This document shows positions 9,332 through 17,707 of a stretch of DNA of 64,000 nucleotides, in pieces (positions within the stretch are counted from its first letter, which is position 1; each line of letters begins with the position of its first letter). The position numbers and the translations under genes are program-made. The DNA comes from Acidimicrobiales bacterium. GTDB lineage: Bacteria > Actinomycetota > Acidimicrobiia > Acidimicrobiales > AC-14. The stretch covers positions 2,976 through 66,975 of the forward strand of contig DATLEI010000027.1 in assembly GCA_035525375.1 (NCBI GenBank), written 5' to 3'. The notes under the pieces are model-generated. The model was given only the letters and a program-made list of their open reading frames with translations. It made no database searches and was not told the DNA's origin.

Positions 9332-9958
9332 ATGGATCGAACGCGTCGTCGACTGGCGTCCGTGCGAGTACTCGTGGCCGACGACCAACCCGTTGTGCGT
9401 GAGGGGGTCGGTCTCCTGCTCGATGCGGTCGACGGATTTGAGACCGTTGGCCGTGTCGCGTCCTGCGAGGAGCTCCTGGTCGCAGTGCGCGAGCTGACGC
9501 CCGACGTCGTCCTCCTCGACATCGGACCGGCAGGGGACGAATGCCTGGCCCTCAGCCAGCGCCTCATGCTCCGGCACCCCGATGTCGGTGTCCTGCTCTT
9601 TCCTGCCGAAGCGTCCGACGAGCATGTGGGGCGGGCGCTCGCGGCCGGCGCGCGCGGCGTCGTGCTCAAGAACTCCCCGGCGCCGGAGGTCTTGGAAGCT
9701 CTCGTGACCGTCGCTCAGGGCGGCGTCGCCGTGGGCGCTGATCTTAGGGACAGATCCGACGATGGGGGCCTCTCGACGCGTGAGCGAGAAGTGGTGCAAC
9801 TACTGGCCGCAGGGATGAGCAATCGAGACATCAGCCGAACGCTGTTCATCTCCATGGGCACCACGAAGCGTCATGTGGAGAACATCGCCAGGAAGCTTGG
9901 AACGACCAATCGAGCCTCAGCCGCCGCGGAAGCTATTCGCCGGGGTTTGGTCGCTTAA
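9332..9958 (+). CDS. LuxR/NarL-family response regulator, orphan with an atypical receiver domain
   Basis: ORF track 9290-9958 (TTG); ATG 9332 (MDRTRRRLASVRVLVADDQP) is more likely. It has a receiver with DD pair and LLD acceptor Asp, and a C-terminal LuxR HTH (LSTREREVVQLLAAGMSNRDISRTLFISMGTTKRHVENIARKLG). No histidine kinase is present in the window. Confidence 0.85.
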   Translation: MDRTRRRLASVRVLVADDQPVVREGVGLLLDAVDGFETVGRVASCEELLVAVRELTPDVVLLDIGPAGDECLALSQRLMLRHPDVGVLLFPAEASDEHVGRALAAGARGVVLKNSPAPEVLEALVTVAQGGVAVGADLRDRSDDGGLSTREREVVQLLAAGMSNRDISRTLFISMGTTKRHVENIARKLGTTNRASAAAEAIRRGLVA

Positions 9959-10035
9959 CGCATCGGCGAGGCAAACAGGTAGGAGGCGGCCAGCATCCGC
10001 CCCTTGTTCCGGGCCGCTTGGTAGCGTAGGAACGC

Positions 10036-10539
10036 TTGTTCGTACTTGGGATCGATCCTGGGCTCTCTCGCTGTGGGTACGGCTGCATCAGCCGTGCGGG
10101 CGCTTCGACGCGGGTTCATGCGGTTGGTGTTCTAACCACGCCGCCCTCGGAGCCGCTGCCGCAGCGGCTCGGGGCCCTGCAGACGGATCTCACCGCTTTG
10201 ATCGCCGATGTGCAGCCTGACGTGGTTGCCGTGGAGCGGTTGTTCTTTCAGGTCAATGTTCGTACGGCCATGTCGGTTGGGCAGGCCAGCGGGCTGGTGC
10301 TTGCCGCTGCCGCGCGCGCCGGGTGCGAGGTCGTCCAATACACCCCGAATGCGGTCAAGCAAGCTGTTGCCGGCTACGGCGCCGCCACCAAGGAGCAGGT
10401 GCAGCGCATGGTCGCCTCGCTCTTGGGGTTGGATGAGCCGCCGCAACCCCCTGACGCCGCTGATGCACTGGCGCTTGCGCTGTGTCATCTGGCGATGGCC
10501 CCGATGGCTGCCCGGGTGCAGGCGGCGGTGAAGCGATGA
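10036..10539 (+). CDS. ruvC: Crossover junction endodeoxyribonuclease RuvC
   Basis: ORF track 167 aa, TTG start. The sequence MFVLGIDPGLSRCGYG...VAVERLFF...YTPNAVKQAVAGYG matches RuvC. Confidence 0.93.
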   Translation: MFVLGIDPGLSRCGYGCISRAGASTRVHAVGVLTTPPSEPLPQRLGALQTDLTALIADVQPDVVAVERLFFQVNVRTAMSVGQASGLVLAAAARAGCEVVQYTPNAVKQAVAGYGAATKEQVQRMVASLLGLDEPPQPPDAADALALALCHLAMAPMAARVQAAVKR

Positions 10540-11159
10540 TTGGCTCGCTATCCGGCACTCTTGTTGATCGCTCTCCCCGAGGGGAGGTCGTCGTGGAAGT
10601 TGCCGGCGTGGGCTACCGGGCCACGGTCGCGCCGTCCACGCTCGTGCGACTCGGCGAGCCCGGGGGAGCGGTGCGGTTGTTCACCCACCTCCACGTACGC
10701 GAGGACGCGCTGACCCTGTTCGGCTTCGTCAGTCGCGACGAGCGGGATTGCTTCGAGGCGCTGATCAGTGCTCACGGCGTCGGACCATCGCTCGCGCTGG
10801 CAATTCTCTCGGTGCATTCGCCCGTCGAGTTGCGCAATGCCCTTGTCGACGGTGATCTCGACGCACTGACACTGGTTCCCGGCGTCGGACGCAAGACGGC
10901 GGCGCGTCTTTTGGTGGAGCTGAAGGCCCGCCTCGACGTGCCCGGCCTCAGCGATCTCGACCTCGAGCCTTCCAGCGGTGCCGGCGCGAACGGGAACGGC
11001 AACGGCGCCAGTACCAAGCGGTCTGAAGTTCGCGCCGCGCTGTCCACCCTCGGTTACGAGCCGGAGGAGGTTCTTCCCGTACTTCGCCAGCTCCCGGCTG
11101 AGGGTGAAGTCGAAGACCTGTTGCGCTCCGCTCTGAAGCTCCTCGCCGAGGCCCGATGA
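10536..11159 (+). CDS. ruvA: Holliday junction branch migration complex subunit RuvA
   Basis: ATG 10536 forms an ATGA overlap with the ruvC stop. [14 protein letters not shown]...GVGYRATV...[17 protein letters not shown]...[13 protein letters not shown]. Confidence 0.95.
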   Translation: MIGSLSGTLVDRSPRGEVVVEVAGVGYRATVAPSTLVRLGEPGGAVRLFTHLHVREDALTLFGFVSRDERDCFEALISAHGVGPSLALAILSVHSPVELRNALVDGDLDALTLVPGVGRKTAARLLVELKARLDVPGLSDLDLEPSSGAGANGNGNGASTKRSEVRAALSTLGYEPEEVLPVLRQLPAEGEVEDLLRSALKLLAEAR

Positions 11160-12175
11160 GAAACGAGCTGCTCGTCGCTGCGGTCGAGCCCGAAGAGCAG
11201 GCGGCGGAGGCGAGTCTCCGGCCCCGCAAGCTCGCCGAGTTCGTCGGACAAGCACGCCTGCGAGAACACCTCGAGATACTCCTGGAGGCGGCGCGCCGCC
11301 GCCAGCAAGCCGTTGACCACATCCTGTTCGCGGGCCCGCCGGGCCTCGGCAAGACCACGCTTGCGGGCATCGTTGCCAACGAACTCGACGTGACCATTCG
11401 CGTCACCTCGGGTCCCGCGCTCGAGCGCGCCGGTGATCTGGCCTCGGTGCTGACCAACCTCGAAGAAGGCGATGTCCTCTTCATCGACGAGATTCACCGG
11501 CTGAGCCGGGTCGTCGAGGAGGTCCTCTATCCGGCTATGGAGGATTTCCAGCTCGACATCGTCATTGGAAAAGGGCCGTCGGCGCGTTCGATCCGCCTCG
11601 ACCTCCCCCGTTTCACTCTCGTGGGGGCCACGACCCGCACCGGTCTGATCACCGGGCCACTTCGCGACCGCTTCGGTTTCGTCGCCCGGCTCGACTACTA
11701 CGACGTCGACGAGCTCGACACGATCGTTTCTCGCGCCGCGCAGATCTTCGGCGTCCCCCTCGCTCCCCAGGGCAGCGTGGAGATCGCGCGCCGGGCCCGG
11801 GGCACGCCCCGCATCGCCAATCGCCTGCTCCGGCGCGTCCGTGACTTCGCTGAGGTGCGCGGCGACGGCATCGTGTCCTTGGCGGCTGCGAAGGAGGGCC
11901 TCGCCCTGTTCGAGGTCGACGAGCGTGGCCTCGACAAAGTTGACCGGGCCATCCTCGTTGCGGTGTGCGAGCGTTTCGGCGGTGGGCCCGTTGGGCTCTC
12001 GACGCTTGCAATCAGCGTGGCCGAGGAGCAAGAGACCGTGGAGGATGTCTACGAGCCATTCCTGCTCCAGCTCGGGCTCCTCAAACGCACTCCCCGAGGA
12101 CGCGTCGCCACTCCGGCGGCGTGGCAACATCTGGGCCTCGATCCGCCGGAGCGAGACCCAAGCTTGTTCGGCTGA
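11156..12175 (+). CDS. ruvB: Holliday junction branch migration DNA helicase RuvB
   Basis: ORF track 339 aa, ATGA overlap with ruvA. Walker A is [11 protein letters not shown], and FIDEIHRL and the [18 protein letters not shown] motif are present. Confidence 0.97.
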   Translation: MRNELLVAAVEPEEQAAEASLRPRKLAEFVGQARLREHLEILLEAARRRQQAVDHILFAGPPGLGKTTLAGIVANELDVTIRVTSGPALERAGDLASVLTNLEEGDVLFIDEIHRLSRVVEEVLYPAMEDFQLDIVIGKGPSARSIRLDLPRFTLVGATTRTGLITGPLRDRFGFVARLDYYDVDELDTIVSRAAQIFGVPLAPQGSVEIARRARGTPRIANRLLRRVRDFAEVRGDGIVSLAAAKEGLALFEVDERGLDKVDRAILVAVCERFGGGPVGLSTLAISVAEEQETVEDVYEPFLLQLGLLKRTPRGRVATPAAWQHLGLDPPERDPSLFG

Positions 12176-12241
12176 TTCGCAGCCGCTCGGCCCCCCCGGG
12201 GTCGGCGCGATAGCCTCAACCCAGCCCTAACCGGCCCCACG

Positions 12242-12724
12242 ATGGAAGCCCTCCTCCCCCTCATCGCGATGTTCGGCCTCATGTGGCTGTTGCTCATTCG
12301 GCCTCAACAACGCCGTGTGCGCCAGCACCAGGCCATCGTCGCCGCCCTCGAAGCCGGCGACGAAGTCATAACCGCGGGCGGGATTCACGGCACGATCACT
12401 GATGTCGAGGACGACACGGTGCTCATCGAGATCTCGCCCGACGTCGTCGTGCGAGTGCTGACCGGCGCGATCAGCCAGCGCCTCACTTCGTCGGACGAGC
12501 TCGACGACGATGACCTTGATGGCGACCTCGAGGACGACCTTGACGACATCGATGATGAGGACGACGACACCGGCCTAGCTGACGACGACACTGTTCTTGC
12601 TGGCGACACCGTTCGTGCCGACGACGACAGCGAAGGCGCCCGTACCCCCGAACCTGGGGACGGGAATCGGGAGAACGGCACGAAGCCGGGCAGGGTCGAG
12701 GCCATCGGAGACGACCAGCCCTAG
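12242..12724 (+). CDS. yajC: Preprotein translocase subunit YajC with a long acidic C-terminal tail
   Basis: ORF track 160 aa. The YajC core is LIAMFGLMWLLLIRPQQRRVRQHQAIVAALEAGDEVITAGGIHGTI. An approximately 80-aa Asp/Glu-rich extension follows it. Confidence 0.9.
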   Translation: MEALLPLIAMFGLMWLLLIRPQQRRVRQHQAIVAALEAGDEVITAGGIHGTITDVEDDTVLIEISPDVVVRVLTGAISQRLTSSDELDDDDLDGDLEDDLDDIDDEDDDTGLADDDTVLAGDTVRADDDSEGARTPEPGDGNRENGTKPGRVEAIGDDQP

Positions 12725-12726
12725 TC

Positions 12727-14181
12727 ATGCGTCGTCGTCCGGGCCTATCTGTCCTCATCGTCTGCATCATCGCTTTTGGCTCTCTCGCGTTCGTCGTGGG
12801 CACGAGCAAGTCTCCGCAGCTGGGCCTCGATCTCCAAGGTGGAGCCTCAGTCGTGCTCAAGCCCAAGAACAAGGTTCCGTCAGGCGTCCTCAACCAGGCC
12901 ATCGAGATCATCCGGAGCCGAGTTGACGCCCTCGGCGTAGCGGAGCCTGAGATCAGTCGCCAGGGCAACAACATCATCGTGCAGTTGCCGGGCGTGAAGA
13001 ACAAGGATCGGGCACTACAGGTCGTCGGCCAGACCGCCCAGCTCTACTTCCGCAAGGTCATTGAAGACCTTGGCCCGGAGACGCCACCAACCACGGTCGC
13101 AACCACACCGGAATCCCCTCCGACAAGCGCACCCGCCCCTGACCCAAACGCGACGACGCCCCCCGAGAAGGATGACCCCAAGGCCGAGGTGATCCTGCCC
13201 GACGCCAAGACCAAGGCGCACCGCTACAAGCTCGGGCCCGCCGATGTGACGGGCCAGGCGCTTTCGTCGGCCGCGGCCGAGATTGAACCAAACACGGGGG
13301 AGTGGCTCGTCACCTTCAAGCTCACCGACGAAGGCACGAAGCAGTGGAACGACATGGCCGCGGCCGTAGGCCAAGGCAACCGTATTGCCATCGACCTTGA
13401 CGGACAGGTCAGGTCGGCGCCGTCGCTCAACGAGACAAATTTTCAGGGCAGTGGCCAGATCACCGGTGACTTCGGCGAACGGGAAGCCAAAGACCTCGCG
13501 CTTGTGCTTCGGTACGGTGCCCTTCCAGTTCAACTCCAGCCAGAGACCGTGCAGACGGTCTCGGCCAGCCTGGGCAAGGACTCGTTGCACGCAGGCATCG
13601 TCGCTGGCATCGTCGGCCTCGTATTAGTGGCGATCTACATGGTGCTGTACTACCGAGCGCTGGGCCTCGTGGTCTGGGCCGGGCTCTTGGTCACCGGCGC
13701 GCTCATGTACACGATCGTCACTCTCCTCGGCGAGAGTCGCGGCTTGGCCCTGAGCCTCGCCGGCGCGACCGGCATCATCGTCTCTGTCGGCGTCACCGTC
13801 GACTCCTATGTGGTGTATTTCGAACGATTGAAGGACGACCTCCGCGCCGGCAAGACGATCCGCTCGTCGGTCGATCGCAGCTTCTCCCGGGCCTACCGAA
13901 CCATCCTCGCCGCTGACTTCGTCTCGCTCATCGGTGCCGTCGTTCTCTATGTGCTCAGCGTCGGCTCGGTGCGAGGCTTCGCTTTCTTCCTGGGGCTCTC
14001 CACGCTGCTTGACATCATCATCGCCTACTTCTTCACCAGGCCGATGGTCGTGCTGCTGGCGCGCAATCGCTTCTTCACCGAGGCTCGGTGGGTCGGAGTG
14101 GCTCGTGGCTTGGCGGCCTCTTCAACTGCGAGGGCGGCAACGGCGAGTCCGAAACCGGCGCCGGCGGGAACGCCGTCATGA
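12727..14181 (+). CDS. secD: Protein translocase subunit SecD
   Basis: ORF track 484 aa. It has an N-terminal TM, LGLDLQGGASVVL, a periplasmic domain and a C-terminal 6-TM bundle. It lies between yajC and secF. Confidence 0.93.
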   Translation: MRRRPGLSVLIVCIIAFGSLAFVVGTSKSPQLGLDLQGGASVVLKPKNKVPSGVLNQAIEIIRSRVDALGVAEPEISRQGNNIIVQLPGVKNKDRALQVVGQTAQLYFRKVIEDLGPETPPTTVATTPESPPTSAPAPDPNATTPPEKDDPKAEVILPDAKTKAHRYKLGPADVTGQALSSAAAEIEPNTGEWLVTFKLTDEGTKQWNDMAAAVGQGNRIAIDLDGQVRSAPSLNETNFQGSGQITGDFGEREAKDLALVLRYGALPVQLQPETVQTVSASLGKDSLHAGIVAGIVGLVLVAIYMVLYYRALGLVVWAGLLVTGALMYTIVTLLGESRGLALSLAGATGIIVSVGVTVDSYVVYFERLKDDLRAGKTIRSSVDRSFSRAYRTILAADFVSLIGAVVLYVLSVGSVRGFAFFLGLSTLLDIIIAYFFTRPMVVLLARNRFFTEARWVGVARGLAASSTARAATASPKPAPAGTPS

Positions 14182-15362
14182 GCGCTCGCAAGGCGAGCCT
14201 TTGGCATCGGCTGTACAACGGCGAGACGTCGTTCGACTTCGTCGGGAAACGGTGGTGGTGGTTCGGCGCCTCGCTACTGCTCATCGCCCTCGGCGCCGTA
14301 TCGCTCCTCACTCAGGGCCTGAACTACGGCATCGATTTCAAGGGCGGTAACTCCTGGGAGGTGCCCGCGCCGCGTGTGTCGGTCGCCCAGGCCCGCGACG
14401 CCCTGCGGCCCCTCGGTCTGGCCGATGCGAAGATCCAGAAGATCACTGGCGGAACCGAGAAGCTGCGTGTGGAGGTGCGGCACCTCCCGGCTGACAAGCA
14501 GGAGGAGGTCACTCAGAAACTGGCGAGCCTGGCCAAGGTCGACGCCACTCAGGTGAGCAAGAACGACGTGGGTCCATCATGGGGCAAGGCGGTGACGAAC
14601 AAGGCCCGCACCGCGCTGATCGTGTTCTTCATCCTGATCAGCCTGTACCTGGCGCTGCGGTTCGAATGGAAGATGTCGCTGGCCGCGATCATCGCCGTGG
14701 TGCACGACATCTTGATCACGGTCGGGGTCTATTCGCTGTCGCGTTTCGAGGTGACGCCGGCAACGGTCGTCGCTTTTCTGACCATTCTCGGTTACTCCCT
14801 CTACGACACTGTCGTGGTGTTCGACAAGGTTCAGGAGAACACGCGTGGGCTCGCGGCCCAAGGCCGCGTTACCTACTCGCAAACGGTCAACCTGTCGATG
14901 AACCAGGTCTTGATGCGGTCACTCAACACGTCGTTCGTGGCGATTCTGCCGATCCTTTCCGTGCTCGTGATCGGCTCGGGATTCCTCGGCGCAACGTCGT
15001 TGAAGGACTTCGGGCTCGCGTTGCTGGTCGGACTCCTCACCGGCGCGTACTCCTCGATCTTCATCGCCGCGCCGGTGCTCGCCATGCTGAAGGAGCGCGA
15101 GCCTCGTTACGCGGCTATACGGGAACGGGCCAAGGCCAAGGGCGCCACGGCGGTGTTGACGCCAGCCGAGGCTGCCGCGATGTCGGGTGGCGGGAGTGGG
15201 GGTAGCGGGGGATCGGGCGGCCGCAACAAGTCGACAGACCGCGATGAGGTTCTGGTGCCGGCAGGCGACGGCGATGGTGCGACCACCGGTACCCGAGTCG
15301 CACCAGTGCAGCGGCCCCGCCCCGGGGCGCCGAGGCCGCGCAAGAAGGGCAAAAAGCGCTAG
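14178..15362 (+). CDS. secF: Protein translocase subunit SecF with a Gly/Ser-rich and basic C-terminal tail
   Basis: Part of ORF 14088-15362. ATG 14178 forms an ATGA overlap with the secD stop. MSARKASLWHRLYNGETSFDFVGKRWWWFG...GIDFKGG matches SecF. The tail reads GGGSGGSGGSGG...RPRPGAPRPRKKGKKR. Confidence 0.92.
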   Translation: MSARKASLWHRLYNGETSFDFVGKRWWWFGASLLLIALGAVSLLTQGLNYGIDFKGGNSWEVPAPRVSVAQARDALRPLGLADAKIQKITGGTEKLRVEVRHLPADKQEEVTQKLASLAKVDATQVSKNDVGPSWGKAVTNKARTALIVFFILISLYLALRFEWKMSLAAIIAVVHDILITVGVYSLSRFEVTPATVVAFLTILGYSLYDTVVVFDKVQENTRGLAAQGRVTYSQTVNLSMNQVLMRSLNTSFVAILPILSVLVIGSGFLGATSLKDFGLALLVGLLTGAYSSIFIAAPVLAMLKEREPRYAAIRERAKAKGATAVLTPAEAAAMSGGGSGGSGGSGGRNKSTDRDEVLVPAGDGDGATTGTRVAPVQRPRPGAPRPRKKGKKR

Positions 15363-15411
15363 TTCTGGTTGCTCTGTAAACGTTTGAGGGCGCGCCGGGC
15401 TTGTAACGGGT

Positions 15412-16566
15412 ATGGACGACAACGAGATACGAGATGCCCTCGGGAAGGTCGCGCCCGCGCCGCCTCCCGCGACCAACGACTTCGAGGCGATTCTTGCGCG
15501 CGCCAAGCGGGGGCGGGCCCAATGGCTTGGACTTGCGTTGGTTGTGGCACTTGTCGCCGGGCCGGCCGCAGGGTTGCTGGTCGGGCTGAATATCGACGAC
15601 GGGAAGAACCCGGTGACAGTCGCGTCCGGCAATGACCAGGGCAGCCGGCGTGATGCGGCGGTCGCGCCGGAAACCAGCACGGCATCGGGTTCGGCCTCGG
15701 CCGTCGCCGGGAGCGCAGGGGGCTTCTTTGGTTCCGAGAAGCTGACTCCGCTGTTCAAGCGGACGACCGCTGATGGCATCGCCATACGGGCCTACCGCTC
15801 TGACATGGACGTGGCTGCCCTCGATCAGCGCGCTGGCCTCGACCAGAGCGTAGTTATCGACTGCGCCGCAGACGCGCCGTGCCCTCTACCGGCCAAGCCC
15901 GAACTGCCTGACGAGTGCCTACCAACCGCGATGCTGCGCGCCGAGCTCTCGAACGACGCCGCGGTCGAACCCGGGTACATGAGCGTCAACAAGCTCACCG
16001 CCGACCAGTCGATGGCGCTGACCCAATCGGGATATTTCGGGGTCTCCGAAGGATCGCCGGCCGCCTGGACAGGCGTTCACACGAGCGACGCCGTCTCGAA
16101 GGTGCGAGTGACGTTCGCCGACGGTGCGGTTGATGAGATGGCACCCGTCGAGGGTTACTCGGTGCTGGCGCACCAGATCGCACCTCCGCCCCAGCCCCAG
16201 CCCCAGCCCCAGCCGGCCCCGGCCCCGCAGCCCGCGCCGTCGGACACGCCCAATGCCGCTTCCCCCTCGGACGCGACCCAAGCCTCGCCTCCGGTAGATC
16301 CGGAGGAGTTCCGGAAGGCGACGCTGCCCGGAGGAACGGTTGAGGCTCTCGACGCGTCCGGCGCGGTGATGGCGACGACTTCACTGACCGACGCAGGAGC
16401 TCCAGTCGCTTCCTGCATGGTCGCACCGCCCGCGCCCGGTCCTTTCCCCATACCGGCTCCCGACCAAGTGCCCGCCGGTGGTGGTGTCGTCCCAGGAGAA
16501 CGTCCGGCGGCGACGATCGAGCCTTTCCCGGCCGCGCCGGCCCCTCCCGTCACGACGGCGTCCTGA
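15412..16566 (+). CDS. Single-pass membrane protein with a proline-rich extracytoplasmic region, unknown function
   Basis: ORF track 384 aa. It has a short cytoplasmic N-terminus, one TM (WLGLALVVALVAGPAAGLLVGL), a domain of about 200 aa, then PPPQPQPQPQPAPAPQPAP and further Pro/Ala-rich sequence. It sits immediately upstream (12-nt gap) of an ECF sigma gene. Confidence 0.6.
   Translation: MDDNEIRDALGKVAPAPPPATNDFEAILARAKRGRAQWLGLALVVALVAGPAAGLLVGLNIDDGKNPVTVASGNDQGSRRDAAVAPETSTASGSASAVAGSAGGFFGSEKLTPLFKRTTADGIAIRAYRSDMDVAALDQRAGLDQSVVIDCAADAPCPLPAKPELPDECLPTAMLRAELSNDAAVEPGYMSVNKLTADQSMALTQSGYFGVSEGSPAAWTGVHTSDAVSKVRVTFADGAVDEMAPVEGYSVLAHQIAPPPQPQPQPQPAPAPQPAPSDTPNAASPSDATQASPPVDPEEFRKATLPGGTVEALDASGAVMATTSLTDAGAPVASCMVAPPAPGPFPIPAPDQVPAGGGVVPGERPAATIEPFPAAPAPPVTTAS
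16189..16212 (+). repeat. Hexanucleotide tandem repeat (CCCCAG)x4 with degenerate units to about 16230, encoding (PQ)n
   Basis: Read directly from the sequence: ccccag ccccag ccccag ccccag ccggcc ccggcc ccgcag. It is in frame inside the membrane-protein CDS. Confidence 0.85.
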
Positions 16567-16577
16567 ACTCCACCCCG

Positions 16578-17141
16578 GTGCTCGGCGTCTGGCACGCTGA
16601 GGCGACGCAGCCCGAGACAGCCCAGCCCGAGACAACCCAGACGGTCGCCCCCGTCGCCGAGAGCCACGACGGAGGCTTTGTCGACCTTTACCGCTCGCAC
16701 TATCCCCGTCTCGTCAGCGCGTTGCGCCTTGCCGGTGCGCCGCCCGCTCAGGCCCAGGATGCGGCTCAAGAGGCGTTCGCTCGCACCTACCGCCATTGGC
16801 GTCGCGTGCGCGCCGGCACCAATCCGCGTGGCTACGTCACAACCGCAGCATTTCGGATACTTCGTGGCGGCCATGACCTGGCCGGCACCTCGCTCGTCGC
16901 CGACAACGACGCGCCGGTGACGAGCCACGAATCGCTCGTAATCATGCGCGCCGGCGTCGAGCACGCCCTACGGGCGATGCCATCTAGGCGGCGGGCCTGT
17001 GCCGCCTTATGCCTCTACCTCGACCTGCCGATCGACGAGGCCGCCGAGTCGCTCGGAATTTCGCCGTCAACGGTGCGGGTGCAGCTCCACCGGGCCCGTC
17101 ACGACCTTCGCGCTGCGCTGGGGGAGCCCGTCACCGATTGA
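16578..17141 (+). CDS. ECF (sigma-70 family) RNA polymerase sigma factor
   Basis: ORF track 187 aa, GTG start. The region 2-like sequence is FVDLYRSHYPRLVSALRL...AQDAAQEAFARTYRHWRRV. The region 4 HTH is RRRACAALCLYLDLPIDEAAESLGISPSTVRVQLHRARHDLRAAL. The exact start is uncertain. Confidence 0.8.
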   Translation: MLGVWHAEATQPETAQPETTQTVAPVAESHDGGFVDLYRSHYPRLVSALRLAGAPPAQAQDAAQEAFARTYRHWRRVRAGTNPRGYVTTAAFRILRGGHDLAGTSLVADNDAPVTSHESLVIMRAGVEHALRAMPSRRRACAALCLYLDLPIDEAAESLGISPSTVRVQLHRARHDLRAALGEPVTD

Positions 17142-17171
17142 GCTCGCCACCAGGCGGTACGTTTGAGGGGG

Positions 17172-17699
17172 ATGGGAGACTCGGCTTGGCTCAAAGACCA
17201 CGTCCGGGACATCCCTGACTTTCCGAAGCCGGGCATCGTCTTCAAGGACATCACCCCGCTCCTCGCAAACGAGGAGGCTTTCCGGTTCGCGGTGGACGAG
17301 ATCGCCGACCACTTCACTACCCCCACCTTCGACAAGGTCTTGGGCGTCGAAGCGCGCGGCTTTATCCTGGCCGCGCCGATCGCATACCGTCTGAGCACGG
17401 GGTTCGTTCCCGTGCGCAAGGCCGGAAAGCTGCCCTGGGAGATCGAGCAGGAGGAGTACGAGCTCGAGTACGGCACCGACCTTCTCGAGGTTCACCGTGA
17501 CGCGGTTTCACCCGGCGAGCGGGTTCTGATCGTTGACGACGTGCTCGCGACGGGAGGCACGGCCGCGGCCACGGTGCGGCTCGCCGAGCGGCTCGGCGCG
17601 ATCGTCGGGGGCGTGGCTGTTGTCCTGGAACTCGGCTTTTTGGGTGGACGGGCCAAGCTCGAGGGCAACGAGTTCGTATCCCTCGTGAACTACGAGTAG
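17172..17699 (+). CDS. apt: Adenine phosphoribosyltransferase
   Basis: ORF track 17163 (TTG), with ATG at 17172. Matching sequence: IPDFPKPGIVFKDITPLL...GVEARGFILAAPIA...VLIVDDVLATGGTAAA (PRPP motif). Confidence 0.95.
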   Translation: MGDSAWLKDHVRDIPDFPKPGIVFKDITPLLANEEAFRFAVDEIADHFTTPTFDKVLGVEARGFILAAPIAYRLSTGFVPVRKAGKLPWEIEQEEYELEYGTDLLEVHRDAVSPGERVLIVDDVLATGGTAAATVRLAERLGAIVGGVAVVLELGFLGGRAKLEGNEFVSLVNYE

Positions 17700-17707
17700 G
17701 AGCGAGC

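Noticed and set aside
11054-12130. 358-aa minus-strand ORF
   Set aside because: It is antisense to ruvB (Walker A/B present on the + strand), and its composition is Arg/Glu/Asp/Gly-rich.
16189-16230. Short tandem CCCCAG repeats considered as a possible CRISPR-like or regulatory array
   Set aside because: It is a 6-nt in-frame microsatellite inside a CDS that encodes (PQ)n. It has no spacers and no repeat-spacer periodicity.
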